Assembly (NCBI GenBank): GCA_023213395.1
Contig: CM041465.1
Span: 216,325,741 to 216,389,740, forward strand
Direction of reading: 5' to 3'
Length of the DNA: 64,000 nt
Source of the DNA: Cycas panzhihuaensis
Taxonomy: Eukaryota > Plantae > Cycadophyta
The position numbers and the translations under genes are program-made. Shown here one piece after another: positions 26,834-41,735 of the stretch. The notes beneath the pieces are model-generated. The model saw only the letters and a program-made list of their open reading frames with translations. It was not told where the DNA came from and made no database searches. The first letter of the stretch is position 1. Every line of letters begins with the position of its first letter.

Positions 26834-27299
26834 TGAGTAAAGAATTAATAATAGATTTCATTAATTCATTAAGGATTCATTATATTATATCTATGTAATC
26901 TTTTATATATAATTTATATTGAGGGCTTTTTTATCATAAAAGAGTTAATTCACAACTTAATGTTCTGAACTTAGGTGTATGAGGGTTTATTTATTCTCAA
27001 TATTGAAATGGTATAAAGTTGATTTAATCATGCAAGGTGCCAATTGTCACCTTACATGATCTTACATTCAATATTCCTCTTTCTTATTGTAATTGCCTCT
27101 TTTATTCCTTATGTGAGGATGCTTCTATGTAATATTTTATTATGTAATACACTTTTGATGATGTGAATTAATACAAGTGATTTTACATTCGAGCCTTTGA
27201 GAAATTCATTGCTTCTCATGTGTGTTCATTAATTGGGTACTTTGAGGTGTGTATGAGTCTTGAACATGGGCTAAAATCAGGTAGATCTCTTTCCTATTA
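26834..27299 (+). repeat. 5' LTR of Copia A
   Basis: Diverged direct repeat of 33483-33933, followed by the PBS. Confidence 0.9.
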
Positions 27300-29146
27300 C
27301 TTGGTGTCAAAGCCAAGTTTCTAGCCAGCTTTCAATATATATCTTCTCAACCTCCTTTAGCGTAGTAGGTGCTATTAAATGCTATGCTATGTAGTTTTTT
27401 CATCACATTGTTAATCACTATTTTAAAAAATGAACTGTTATACTTGTATTAACCATCAAGGGATGAAATACTTACTGAATTGAATCTCTTGGTATTTGTT
27501 TTCTACATGAATAATGTAAATGTTTTCTTATTAAGACATTATGATTTGTAAACACCATTTATCCAAATATTGAAATACTTCATGGCTTTAATATATGATC
27601 AGTTAGTTGCATTTAAGCTATATTATGGTTGCTAAATAGTGTGGAAACCTCCATCAAACCTTTGTAGTCTCTATTACATCTCCACAACTTTGGTGAACGG
27701 CATTAAACTCTGTGTGATATGCAATTCTTTCCTAGCCATTGTCTTTGTATGATTTACCTTGTTTGCATCTCATTTATTGGTCTCTACATGGCTCTACCGG
27801 CCCATTTGGTCTCTTTAAGATGTCTATGTAGTTGCTCGTTTTAACTTCTATGTAGCTACATCTTTGTTATTTGGCTACCAACCCTCTCTGTATATATTCT
27901 CTTCTCGACTTCTTGGCTTTAGTAGCTTATCTGATCCATGAATAACCTACATGAATACATTGCTGCTTGTTTCATGCCTATATTGTTGATCTGTGTTACC
28001 ATTGGTATTATTGTGATTTGTTTAGGTTGTCATCTACATAACAACGCCTCTTTTTTGTATTACATTGCTTTGAGATTGATGATATAACTTGAAAGTTAGG
28101 TGTAGAAGACCAATAATAATCCAAGGGCAAACATAGAGGCAAATAATGAGATTTTTTTCTCAAATTTCATTGATTTGCTGCAAATTAAGGATTTGGATGG
28201 AGTTACTAATTTCATTTGCTTTCTGCTCACTATGGGACTACTGGAACTACGCTATATAACCATTCATTTTGATCATAGTAGAGTCATCTTCGTAATGGGG
28301 AAGACAAAGTGGAATTTCATAGCTTTTATAGAGAGAACCAATCCCTGTATCCAAACTATGTCATCGTTTTTTCAAAATCTCACAATTTAGTTTATTTTTT
28401 TATAAAGTTTAAAACCTTTAGGTTATTTAGATTAGCATATTCGCAGAATATTCTATATTTGATAAAAGGTCCCTAATATAAAGTTATTATTATTTTTTTT
28501 TTTAGCTTTTTAAGCATATTTTAAAATATATTTTAGGTAGTTTTTTAGTTTTTTAAAGATTTTTTTTCTCTCTATTTTTACTGTTTAAAACATAAAATTT
28601 AATCTTTTAATCACAAAAATCTTTAAAATTTAATAAAAAACATTAGAAAAGATAATACCTAACTAAACCACCTAGTTACTAGCCTTGTAAGGAGAATAAT
28701 TAGGAACCTAAAATTACCACTTTGTACACACTAGTAGTCTTTCTTAAACTTTATGGATATTAGAGAAGCCTATTAGTTATTAGATGTATTAAGTGGTAGG
28801 CTAAGGTATTATATCCAAAACCTTGGAGTTTGGAGACCAAGCTAGAACTAGAAGGGGTGAGCGCCTTGATTGTAAGTTTGCCCTTAGATAAAGATCAATC
28901 ATTCAAGTCATAAATTTGGTGTATGTAGGTTAACGGTATTAGGTGGGTAACTAAGTCTTCTATAACACTAGCGTGCTTTTGGGTATATTAAGTTCCTAAG
29001 CTGCCACTTATGAGCAAATACACCATTAGATAAAATTGTCTCAATTACTAGGGGCTATTAGGATTAGAGACACTGAGACATAGAACTTAGATTAACATAC
29101 ATTATTTAGCTAAGTAGGATACGTATCATACATTATGACACTTCAA

Positions 29147-32100
29147 ATGATTGCAACTAATAATATTAAACTTCATGGCAATGATAATTTCTTGGTTTAG
29201 AAGAATCAAGTCAATAACATATTGATAATAAATAAACTTTGGCATTATATTTCTAGAAAAAATCCTAAGCTAGTTCCTATTCAAGATCCTAATGATCCTA
29301 ACAACCTCATTCCTCATTATCTTGATGTTGTAGCTACCTTTAAAGAGTTTGATGGAGTTGCCCTTTCTTTTTTATGCCTGTCCTGTGAAGATAATATCGA
29401 CTAGAATATAAAATTTACCCCTACCTATATTGATGCTTAAAATATCACATGTACATTCTATGAGAGGAAGGACAATGTCAAGGTAGTAATGCTCAAAGCC
29501 CAACTTTACTCCATTCCATTTGCAAGATCTATAGTAACTCATTTGTCTTATAGATTAAGGTGATTAAAATCAGTTAACAATGATGAATTAGGCATGAGAT
29601 AACATTGACCTCATATCTTGCATAGTCAATATTTCGCCGCTTGGTTATAATTCCCTCATATCCAATATGTCACATGCAGATCGACTTGTCATTATTGATT
29701 TCAATACATTTGAGGGTCTACTAATTTAAGAGGAATATATTTAAAATCATTTAGGGAATCTAAGTACTTCATCTTCCACATCAACATTTATAGCCTGACA
29801 TAAAGGAAGACAACAACATCCATAATTAACATATCAATTTGGTTCAATGAATTTGAACCAACATCCATATCAACAGCTATATCAGTCACATCAACCTTGA
29901 CCACCTTATAATCCTTAGGTTGTTTGCCATTATTATGGAAGATATGAATATATAACACCTGATTACAAAAAAAAAGAAAGAGTTGACCTTTAACAACAAT
30001 AGTTTCATAACCACCCTACTATGCGGTATAATCAAAACAGTGGATGTGGAAATTATTAAGGATCACAAAGTCAAAACCAACCTAATTACCAGGGCCCAAG
30101 GAGACAAAATCAAAATTCTCCTTAAAGGAACCAATAGAATAAGAATTGTAACCAGAGATAGAATTAAGAAGGCTACATGATTGACTCTCAAAATCTTTTT
30201 TTTATTACTTTATTAACTCATCATTCTGATATTTTCTAGCTAATCGATTCAGGTGCCTCTCAATATATAACTAGTTTAGGAGAAATCCTCACAGATATAA
30301 GATTAATTTAAGATCAATATGTCACTTTTGGAAATGATGGTATTCTAGAGGTTATCAAGATTAGTAACGTACCTATCTTATTGAAGAATTTAGACACTTT
30401 TCATCATCTTAATAATATTTTCTATGTACCTGGCATGACATGTAACCTATTATTTGTTATCCAAATAAATTAAAAAAACTTTAATATTCTATTTAGCCAT
30501 CTTGGAAAATATTTAATTATAGATCTAAATGACAACCTAATTACCTTAGGATATGAAGATCATGGATTATACAGGCTTAATGATGTAACCAAACCATTGA
30601 TCTAGTCACATAAATTTGGCTCTGATTTCAATTCAACTTCCACTTCCGATCCTTCTAATTTAATATCATATTTAAATAATCAATTTACTTTAAAGGTTTT
30701 TGTTTCTCTTAGACTTTTAAAAGACTAATTATGGCATCAATGCCTAAGTCACTTGAATATGAACATCCTGTATCTACTTCATAAATTGAATACGGTGCAT
30801 AATATACTAAACATAAAGCACACTAAATATATTTGTAAGGCCTATGTTATGGGAAAGTATCATTGGGCTCCTTTTAGATTAAATGGAAGAGACTGGTGTA
30901 CTAAAGAATCTTTAAGCCTAGTACATTCAAACATCTGTGGGTCCATGTCCTAAGTATCCTTTGGATCCTGTCATTATTTCATCATATTTATTGATGATTA
31001 CTCTAGCAAAGTATGAGCATATTTCTTGAAGCAAAATTTAAAAGCCTTTGATAAATTCAAAGAGTTTAAGCATGGTGTTGAACTTGAATCTAGAAAGCCA
31101 CTAAAAATCCTTTGTTATGATAATGGAGGTGAATACACATCAAATGAGTTCAACCAATTCTGTAGGGTTAATGGCATCAAATGTTAGTTTTATGCCCCAT
31201 ACACACCTTAATAAAATCAAGTTGTTGAGAGAATGAATTGGACCCTAGTTAGTAAAGATAAAGCCATACTTGCTGCTGAGAATTTAGGACTTCAATTCAT
31301 GGCTAAATCCCTTCATACAATAACATATCTTACAAATATAAGTGTAATTAAGGTAGTGTTAAACATTACTCTTGAGGAGGCTTGGTCAGGTTAAAAGCTT
31401 ACTGTCTTACATTTATACACTTTTGGTTGTACAACATATATGCTCATACCAAAAGAATAGAGAAAAAAGCTAGATGATAAGAATAGGAAGTGTATCTTTA
31501 TTGGTTATCAACCTAACTATAAAGCACATAAATTGTATGATCCTGTCACCAAGCAAATGCATATATTTTAGGATGTCATTTTCTTAGAAGAGAACCAGAA
31601 TTTATATATCACATATATTTTATTCTTTGATGATTAATCTAATAAAGCTCTCGTTGTTCCTCCTACTCCATAAAATGTTTCTATAGAATAGATGCCCCTG
31701 CATCAATGTATACTCCTAGTACATCATCTACACCATCTATCTCTACCTCTACATCTATATCTACTCCTATCAATCCTTCAAAGGACATTCAAGATTAGGC
31801 TACTTTAAAGCAGCTACCCAAATGATACATGCAAATAATCTCTTCTACTCTTTCACCACTATAACAAGTAAAGAGACAATTAAAATATAGGTCATCCACT
31901 AACTTCACCTTAATGGTAGAAGTGATGTCAACTCCTAAACCATCCACTTTTAAAGAAGTTACTGCAGATCCAAATGACAGGCAATAATGACTGAAGAAAT
32001 GGATTCCATCCTACAAAATAATATTTGGGAGCTTATTAAGATGCTTGAAGGGAAAAACCCTATTAATTATAGATGGATTTATAAAATAAAATTTTATGTA

Positions 32101-33470
32101 GATGACTCCATTCAGTAATATAAAGCATGCTTGATTTCTAAAGGTTTCAAACAAGTTGAATGTATTGATTATGATGACATATTTGCACTTATTGGTAACA
32201 TGACCAATGTCAGGTTTATTTTGACACTTATAGCTCAATTCAATTAGTCTATTTACTAGATAGATATACAAAGTACCTTTTTGAATGGTGACTTATAAGA
32301 GAAAAATATATATAAATCAACCTCCTAACATTGTTGTTCAAGGAAAAGAATACCTAGTTTATAAATTGAAAAAGGCATTATATGGCCTTAAACAATCACC
32401 TCATACTTAGTGTGTGAAGATTGATGAATACTCTTAAAAATATGGACTCATTCGCTCATCTTTAAATCTAAATGTATATATCAATATTCAATATGGTTTT
32501 ATCACTCTAGTTATACTTTATGTTGATGATTTGTTAATAATTGGTAATGACACAGAGTGGATTACACATCTCTAAGGAGAATTGAACAACAACTTTGAGA
32601 TGATTGACCTCAGGTTGCTCTATTATTTTTTTTGCATGGAAGTCTGGTAAGAAGTCATGCCATATTTTCCTTTTATAGTCAAAATATGCAAAGAAGATTC
32701 TTTAAAAACTTAGGATGGATGAATAAAACCATCACCAACTTCTATAGGGACAGGTCTAATATTAGACATTGATGAGTATGGAAAACCTGTGGATTCTATG
32801 TTGTATAGGTAACTTGTAGGAAAATTAATTTATCTCATTCATACTTGACCTATTGTTACCTATGTCATTAGGATATATTCTATGTTCATAACACAACCCA
32901 AATTTTCACATTGAAAAATAAATAATGAGGATCTTGAGATATCTTCAAGGTACTCTCCAGTATGGACTTGATTACCTTCATGTGGATAATCCTTTACTGA
33001 TAGATTACATAGATATATATTAGGTTGGATGCAAGGGTAGTTGTAGATCGACCTTAGGATATTATTTTAACCTAGATTATACTTTAGTTTCATGGTGTTA
33101 TAAAAAGCAGCCTAATGTCACTTTATCTTTAATTGAAATTGAATATAAAGTTATTGTTAGTGCAAATGCTAAGGTTATCTAGCTTTAGAGGATTCTTGAA
33201 GTGTTTGGACTCAATCAGACACAAGCTATATCACTATTTTATGATAATCAAACTATTCTTGAATTGGCCAAGAATCTTATGTTCTAAACTAGAACTAAAT
33301 ACATTGAGGTTTGCCATCACTTCATTAAGGAGCATGTACAGGATGGTGAGATAGATTTGATATACAAGCCTATTGATGATTAGATAACAAATATCTTTAC
33401 AAAAGCACTCTCTCACGGTAAATTTAAAAGGTTTCAGCTTGGTCTTGGTGTCAAAATTAATAAACTCATC
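29147..33470 (+). pseudogene. Copia A gag-pol, heavily degraded
   Basis: Zn-knuckle remnant ~29920-29965; LIDSGASQ ~30240; LVHSNICGSM and FIDDYS (INT) ~30920-31005; DNGGEY ~31120; LYGLKQS ~32380; LYVDDL ~32520; RH ~33000-33450. Confidence 0.85.
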
Positions 33471-33482
33471 ATTAAGGGAAGG

Positions 33483-33933
33483 TGATAAAAGAATTAATGA
33501 TAGATTTTATTAATTTATTAAGGATTTATTGTATTATATTTATGTAATGTTTTGTACATAGTTTATATTGAGGGCTTCATTATCATAAAAGGGTTAAGTC
33601 ACAACTTAATGTTATGAACTTATATGTGTGGGGATTTATTTACTCTTAATATTAAAATATTATAAAGTTGATTTAGTCTTGTAAGGTGTCAATTATCACC
33701 TTACATGATCTTATGTTGAATATTCCTCTTTCTTATTATAACTACCTCTTTTGCTTCTTATGTGAGGCTTTTTCTATGTAATATACTTTTGATGATATGA
33801 ATTAATGAAAGTGATTTTATATTGGAGCTTTTAAGAAATTCATCACTTCCCGTATGTATTCATTAATCAACTACTTTGAGGTATGCATGAGTCTTGAACC
33901 TGGGCTAAAACCAAGTAGACCTCTCTCCTATCA
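33483..33933 (+). repeat. 3' LTR of Copia A
   Basis: TG...CA, preceded by the PPT and followed by TSD ATAAT. Confidence 0.9.
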
Positions 33934-35420
33934 ATAATCCTTTGGACTTTTTCTTTATCCATTGATACTACTTAAAGGGTTCTGATTCTGTATGTAAGGA
34001 AGCTAATATGATTTTTTTATTAGATGGCACTTGGTGAAAATTAAAAATTGTTCCATTTGGTTGATCTAGGTCTTACATCTTTTCCATTGATTTTTCTGAT
34101 TTCTAACTTATGGAGATAATTAGACCGTAGCCCTGCCAAGTCATAATGATTCCCTTCACTCCCTATCTTATCCTTCCCCTTCCAAGACCCCTCATTATTT
34201 TTTTGTAATGTCACTTGACTTATAATAACATTGAGGGTTTTGTCAATCTCTCCAATTTGGTTTTTAAATTTAGCTAGCCTAATGTCCATATGTCCTCAAC
34301 GGGACACCACAATATCATTGAGATGTTCACTTTTCTCTGGGTTGATCTTTGGGGCCATGGTTATAGGACCTAATCAGAGTTGAATGTTTACTTTATAAAA
34401 GGTATCTAGGATTAGGGTGTCCTTAGGTTATTTTCTGTAAAGTATAAGAGTTTTTTTACCCTTTTTTTTTTGTTTAAATTTGACAAGCTTATTTGATTTA
34501 CCCTAAATAACCACAACTAAGGTTTAGTCATTAGAGTCAGACTGATGAAGACCAATAACATAATACTTTCTAGGTCTATAATTATCTCGTCTATGGGCTC
34601 TCTTATATATTGATCTTGTTTGTAATAATGACTAACCCAATATTTCATAGCACTAACTACAGAGGATCGTTCATACTTGTAGCCTTACTACCTATCTTTG
34701 AGGTGTGTGGAGAGTAGTATTTTAGGGTTAATCAGTTATTGATGCACCATAGATGATAGAAAGCCAAGGATTAGCTAAGGATTTCTATCTAGTCTTCTCC
34801 TATCCTATATGGTCCTCCTATATACTTGTAGGGTTGTGGAGGCTCACTTTTATAACTAGGTTTTATCTGAGGTTTGCAATTAAGAGTGTAATCTCCTATG
34901 CTTCAGGCAAAGGTAGAAAAGCCACAATATACTATACCTAAAATGACAGATCCTTGTGATGTTTTAAGACCCCCAGCACAGGGTCTTTAGCCTAGACCAA
35001 CTAAACAAATTATGAACAACAAAGTAAACTACTACAAATTACCAAAGAGAAAATGACAAAGCTATAGAAATAAAATTATAAATACCTAGATGACACCTCC
35101 TAGATTGTTGTTCTAAATACCAATTGAAATGAATCTGAATTAAAGAGAGCAATCCAAAATGTACATGACAATATGAGAGCAAAAAATACACATAAGAGCA
35201 TAAGAACATCAATAGTCACTTGTATTGATGGGCCTCTTTGAGGGGGCAACCTCTAATACATAAGATCATAATACTTAAACTTGATGATCCCACTCATACA
35301 TTATATACATATATAGGGCTATTAAGACCACCCATTTCTTGAACTTATAAATATGGGATAATTACAAGAACAATAATGGAAGACTTGAGAAGAAGAGTGA
35401 TAAGGGTTAGGTTCTTAATA

Positions 35421-36439
35421 GTGTATATATATGTATATCAAATAATTGGAAAATAAATCAAAGTATCATTCTCTGTTGAGAAAACTTGAGTGTCCTTGTT
35501 ATTATTTTGTCACATTCTTGTGACCTTCTAGCATTCATCTTTCTAAATAACAACTACAACTAGTAGCAGATCACTGTAAGTGGTATTAAATTTATTCAAT
35601 ATTTGGGCACTACAATAAGAATCAGGAAACAATCTAATTATTATAATCACTCTACCTTCACTCATCCATTTTCCATTGCCATATTTTTTAGCATTTCCTA
35701 TATGCCCCTCCTTATCATTTCCACTTTACCCATCAACCTCAATAGACCCACCTTCACTCTACCGAACACCACACCTCCTAATTCTTAGCTATCATTGGCT
35801 TACTCCTTCTGTTAATCTCTTACCATCTATATTTCCTTCCTCCTTTCCCTTCATTTCCCTAAACCCTTACATCTCTTCATTTATATTTTCAAGTTATTCT
35901 CCTCCTGATGCTATCTCCTAATCCCTACTTACCTATCTACTTCTCCTTGCGTATTGTTCAAGTTTCCCTCTTGTCAATACTATATTCGAACCTCTACTCA
36001 CCTCTCCTTATTCCTCCTACTATATGACATGGATCTATACCATGTACATTGCTCTTGACTATTTTATTATTGCACATCCAATGTTGACTAACCTTACTTA
36101 GTGAACAAAAAAAAAAAAAAAACGAAACCCAATTTTATGGTTTAGTCAAAATGATAATATTTTTACTAAGAGAATATTCTTTCCCTTTCAAATTTAAAAC
36201 TCTCATGCAAAAATTAACATAAATTGTAACTTCCTTTAAATTATAAACTACATGATCTATAAGACCTCTCCATATCTACCTTAACTACTTCTCTAATTTA
36301 CTATTTTTTGATTCACGTGCATTAGAGAAAGAGGTCATTCATTTGCCTTATGTAAAATGAGTATACTCTTGCTATAATCATAATCAAATGACCTCCATTC
36401 CATATAGTGCCAAAGAAACTCATGATATTAGATGTTAAA

Positions 36440-36480
<41 letters not shown>

Positions 36481-37070
36481 GGTATGTATAATAGTAAAGT
36501 AAAATATAAGAAAAGATTAAGAATGACTACCAAGGAAAATATCAGCAACAATGTTAACATTTGCCTAAACTTATTGAATAATGTATTAAAAGGATTAATA
36601 ATAAATTATTAACCTTTATAGATTCTAATGCTAAAATATTGTATTTTCCATTAAATAATAATGACAACAATTTACTTCATTTAGTATAAAAATATCTTAT
36701 TATTCCTAATTTTAGAATGAAGGGATTAATGGACATAGATGAATGAATTACAAAGTTAACATTAGTAATTTGGAACATCTCTATTACTAATGAAAATAAC
36801 AAAACCCAATTTTCTACCAATCACTTATAAGGGCATATTTACATTTGAGTATAAAAATGGTACATAAGTTATAGGTTTGTATATCACACTAACCTTGTTA
36901 ATGACCTTTGTGAATATATCGAAGGCCCTAACTTGGTCTTATATAAGTCACAACTCTCTCACTACTTCTAACAAGATTCCTCTATAGAGTTCACTAAGGA
37001 GGTTGCCTAATGAAGAAGTTGTATAATTTGCTAGGGTAACATCCATCTTAATATTATCATTGAGGTTATA
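35421..37070 (+). mobile_element. Fragment (LTR end, PBS, leader, gag start) of the same gypsy family as 57400-61600
   Basis: Collinear similarity to 57400-59050 and to the LTR end at 61430-61600; PBS-like TGGTATTAAA at 35581. Confidence 0.8.
36443..36474. repeat. (TC)16 microsatellite
   Basis: Direct reading; absent from the paralogous position at ~58420. Confidence 0.95.
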
Positions 37071-40000
37071 ATTATTAGATAATATTCAATTTATAAGTTA
37101 GTGATGGAATTAATAGACAGAGGGAATAGAATGATAATGCATGAATGAGTTAACCATCAACCCATAAGAGTGGTGGTGTTGATGAACACCAAGGTCTTTG
37201 GACCCAATCAATATATAAGTAGGACATGAGCAGGATGTGGCATATTACTCAAAGTCTACTACTTACTAGCATTGACAAACACCAAAAATGATACCACCAA
37301 GATCTGAAAAAATGTAGCTAGGATCTAGAATAGAGCCAACATGACATCTCTGCTAATCTCAGGTTATCACTCCAATGTGGGTAATTAACCCAAGGTAGAT
37401 ATGAGCCCCAATATGGGCATTATTCCTATATTTCTCCTCCATAATTCCCATTTGGAGAGACTCTAAATTTATCTTTGAATTTAATAACTTTATCTTACCA
37501 AGTGCCTTTATGAATATATATATGCCACCTATTCTTTTATGTTGCAATAGACCAAGTCTAACTTGCCTTGTTATAATAATTCTCTAATGAAATGATGCTA
37601 TATTTTAATATGCTTTGTCATACCATGAAATATTGAATTCCTAATCATCTAATTATGCTTTGATTATCATAAAGTAATAGAGTGGGACTTATATGTTCTT
37701 CCTATAAATCTTGTAGCAACCTTCTAAGCTAAACTATTTCATATGCTCCTATAATGACTACTTTATACACTACTTCTGTAGTAGATAGAGATACTGTGGC
37801 TTGTTTTTTTGAATTCCATGCAACTACAACTAAACCCAAAATAAATATGTAATCAAAGATAAATTTCTTATCATCTATATAACTTGCCCAATCTGAGTCT
37901 GTATAGCCAACTAATTTATAGTCTTGTAATAACCTGTAATATAATCTATATTTGATTATACCTTTGAGATACCTAAAAATTCTCTTGGCTACTTGGCAAT
38001 GCTTTATCTTAAGCTTATGTATGAATCTAAAATCCACATTGACTACATACATGATATTTGGTCAAGTTGAAGTTAAGTAAATTATAGTTTCAATCAATTA
38101 CCTATAGAGTATGAAATCAACTAATTTTGATTTCTCAAACTTGGACAACTTCAACCTAACTTTTGCTATAGTTGCAAGTGGCTTACAATTACTTATTTTA
38201 AACTTGTGTAATAGGTCTAATGTGTATTTTCTTTGGGAGACAAATATCCCTTTTTCATCTTACTAAACTTCTATGCCTAAGAAATAATAGATTAGTCCCA
38301 AGTCTAGCATTTTAAATTCCTTGTACATATCATTTTTAAATCTTTGGGATAAATGTTCACTATTCTTAGTGTAAACTAAGTCATTAACATATAAACCCAC
38401 AATGAGTATAGAACTTCCTTCTAATTTGATATATAGATTTAGATCATATTGACTTCTTTAGAATCCCTTATCCTTAAAATATTTGTCAATCCTAGAGTAC
38501 TATGCTCTAGGTGCTTATTTAAGTCCATACAAGGTTTTTTTAAGTTTGTAGACCTTGTTTTCTTCTCCTTTCACTTCAAACCCTTTGGGTTGTTGGATAT
38601 ATATTTCTTCATTTACATAGCTATTTAAGAAAACATTTTATACATCCATTTGGTGAATTGTCCAACCTTACTATGCAACTAAGGCCATCATTAATTTGAC
38701 TATTTCTAATCTTGTAATAGGTGTAAATGTCTTGTTATAATTTATGCCCTTAATTTGAGCATAACCCTTAACAACCAACCTTACCTTATATTTATCAATA
38801 GACCCATCTAATTTATACTTGGTCTTAAAGACCCATTTAGTCATAATGATATTTTTACTAGGTGGTAGATCCATTAACTCCTACATATCATTTTTCATTA
38901 AGGCATTATACTCTTCTTTTATTGCTTTCTTCCATTCATCTTGAGTGTTATCCTCTTCAAAGTTATGAGGCTTATTAGACTCCATAACTTGAGTCATCAA
39001 ATAAAATTCACTCTTTGAGATCTTATAGTCCTTCTCTCAAACTTATTATCTAAAATATTTGAAGGGTTATGAGCTCTTTATACCCATTTAGAAACCTTTC
39101 AATTTAAAGTAAAGAGTCCTACTTCATTTGTATTAAGTACATTTACATCCTTAGAATTTGATTCTACCTCAACCATGATATATATATTTTTATCTTTTTC
39201 AATCATTTTTTCCTGATAAAATTTATTTTCTTTAAAGATGATATACTTGCTTATAATCATCCTTTTACCTTTTAGATCATAAAGGTTATAAGATCTAGAA
39301 GAGTCATTATATCTTATAAAGATATATTTGATGCTTTTATCACCTAACTTTATTCTCCTTTAATTTAGGATATGTACATAAGCTACGCACCAAAAAATCC
39401 TTAAGTGTTTGATGCTTGACTTATATCTTATCCAAGCTCCTTCTAGTATAACCTACCTAATAGCTTTAGTGACACACTTTTTCATTACATAGATAACTAT
39501 ATATATAGCTTCATCTCGATATTCATTTTCTAGATGCTTATTTATAAGCATACTTCTGGCCATTTCAATAATTATTATATTTTTTCTTTTAGTAACCCCA
39601 TTTTTCTATGGGATATAAGGATTGATGAGTTATTTTCTTATGCCATAATATTTGTAATAAGTCTTAAATCCATTTGAAATGAATTATCTCCTATTATTTA
39701 ATCTTAGGGTTAGAATTCTAAGTCCACTTTGCCTTTCCACCAAAGTTTTGAAGTCCATGAAACATTACAGAGTATCTAACTTGAATTTGATGAATTATAC
39801 CCATGTCATTCTTATAAAAGCATTAATAAATATCATAAAGAACTTAGCACCTCCAAGAGAGGGCATATCCATTGGCCCACATAAGTCTCTATATATTAAT
39901 TAGAGGAGCCCATTAGCTTTATAACATTCATTAGGAAATCCTTCTCTTTGTTGCTTTCCAAATATATATCCTCCGCATAGTTTCTTGCTAGGTTAAATAA

Positions 40001-40931
40001 TTGGTAGTCTAATTACTATATCCATTCTTTTCGTTAAGGCAAAAATATTGTAATTTACATGGATATGTCTTTTATACTATATTTCATTATTCACATTGGT
40101 TGATGCCTTTAAGGCATAATTATTTATTCAGGGTATGACTAGTTTGAATAATCAACCTCTAGTTATTTGTCCTTTGGATATAATTGGTTTGTTCCTTAAT
40201 TTATATTTGATGGTATATTTCCTATTATTAAAGATTACTTTGTATTTTTGTTCCATCATCTAACCCATTAAAAGTAAGCTCTTCTTAAGGGTTGGAATAT
40301 GTAATACATCAAAATTAGTTTGTATAGAGACATTTTATTTTCTAACAATTGCTTGAGTGGTGTTATCCCCAAACATAATTTTGCTTTTCTTGGGGTTATC
40401 TAATTCTTTAAACCACTCTTCCTTATGATTCATATGCATGGAATACCCTAAATTATTATACCAACTATCTTCTTTCTCATTAGCCATTAAACTTGAAAGA
40501 AATAATCTATCATCATGTTTTTCCTTAACAATTATGTTAATAGTTCCCCTTTGTAAACTTGATATTTTTGTAAAGCAATTATCCTCTAAATGACCATTTC
40601 TATGATAGCAAGAACATTGGATTATTCCTCTACCCCTTAGGCTTCTACCTCTTTGCCCTTGGTTTCTCCCCCTAGGACTTTGAACTCTATTTCCTGGCTA
40701 CTGGGAATGGACATGGATAACTTATCTTAGGTAAGTGTAGGTACGTGTTTATCCTCACTTTCATCAACTTTAAGACATTGTTGGATCATCGATAGATACA
40801 CATAGCATGTTGATTGATTGATTGCATGATCATTGTGCTTATCTTTCCTATGTACTCACATTTGCACATAACATTCTAAGTCTATGATGACTCGGGATAC
40901 ATATCCCATGGCATCTTATGATCCTCAGGCC

Positions 40932-41228
40932 ACTAATAACAAAGCTAAATACATGGTTGTTATTCAGGCCCTTTTTGATGTACTTCGTTTCTACCATAGT
41001 CATATTGTGCTCCTTTGTGACTCTCAAATCATTGTGTTGCAGCTCACCCAGGTTTACTAGGTATGATGCCTGTATTTAAGATCCCTTGCTTCGACTGTCA
41101 GGACTCTCCTATCATGTTTCTCCTCCATATACATTCAACACATTCTTCAAGACCTAAATGTTAAGGCAGACAGTCTTGTTCATTGTATCCTCAAGCATTG
41201 TCTCCCTCTTCTTGATGATCCTCCCTGA
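40932..41228 (+). pseudogene. Additional (archaeal/RNase HI-type, RVT_3-like) RNase H domain, N-terminally truncated
   Basis: One frame reads TNNKAKYMVVIQALFDVLRFYHSHIVLLCDSQIIVLQLTQVY*V*CLYLRSL...HILQDLNVKADSLV. This matches TNN.AEY.A....L...GDS.LVV.Q....Y.V...H.PRE.N..AD.LA; both internal stops are consistent with C>T changes. Confidence 0.85.
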
Positions 41229-41735
41229 GGAACCTATTAGGTTGCCTAATCACCTTGGTTTCAGGGTCATCCCATCCTTCATTCTGTAATTTGTTCGTAC
41301 CTCCTAAAGCTGACCACTGATGAGGTTAAACTATAGTAACCACCGGGTTTGTTTCTTCACTTTGCCCTTTGTACCACCTGTGGCACAAAGCCCCTGCATG
41401 TTGATCTTCACTTGTACATACTTTTTGTTATGTTATCTTAATTTCTGGTGTGCTATCTAGTTATGCTTATAACTGTCAGCACCTTGCACCTTGCGTAGGT
41501 GCGATGGGGGCATCCCCCTTATCTACCCTCTCTTTCATTAGATTTTAGGATGACGCATAAGCAACCCCTATGTTGTACTTCTCTTCTCCTTGTCCACGCA
41601 TTCCACCATGACACTTGACACTTCCTTGGATGATAACACCACTATATTTTAATGCATGATACTAACCTTTGTGTTAATAACATTCACCATCGCATCATGA
41701 TTCTAAGCAGCGAGGCTCTGTTGCTAAGGAGGCAA

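Larger units (their letters stand above)
26834..33933 (+). mobile_element. Full-length Ty1/copia element A (7.1 kb)
   Basis: LTRs at 26834-27299 and 33483-33933, perfect TSD ATAAT, PBS TGGTGTCAAAGC (27302-27313), PPT AAGGGAAGG, and gag-PR-INT-RT-RH order. Confidence 0.92.
25040..35420 (-). mobile_element. 3'-truncated chromovirus related to 13111-19120, split by the Copia at 26834-33933
   Basis: 5' LTR at 35125-35420 shares GAGGGGGCAACCTC and the terminus with the 13111 LTR; PBS-like TGGTATTTAGAAC at 35110-35122. Gag lies at 33940-34360 and 26500-26830, and RT motifs (VLIFFDDILIYS at ~25200-25240) run to ~25040. Confidence 0.8.
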
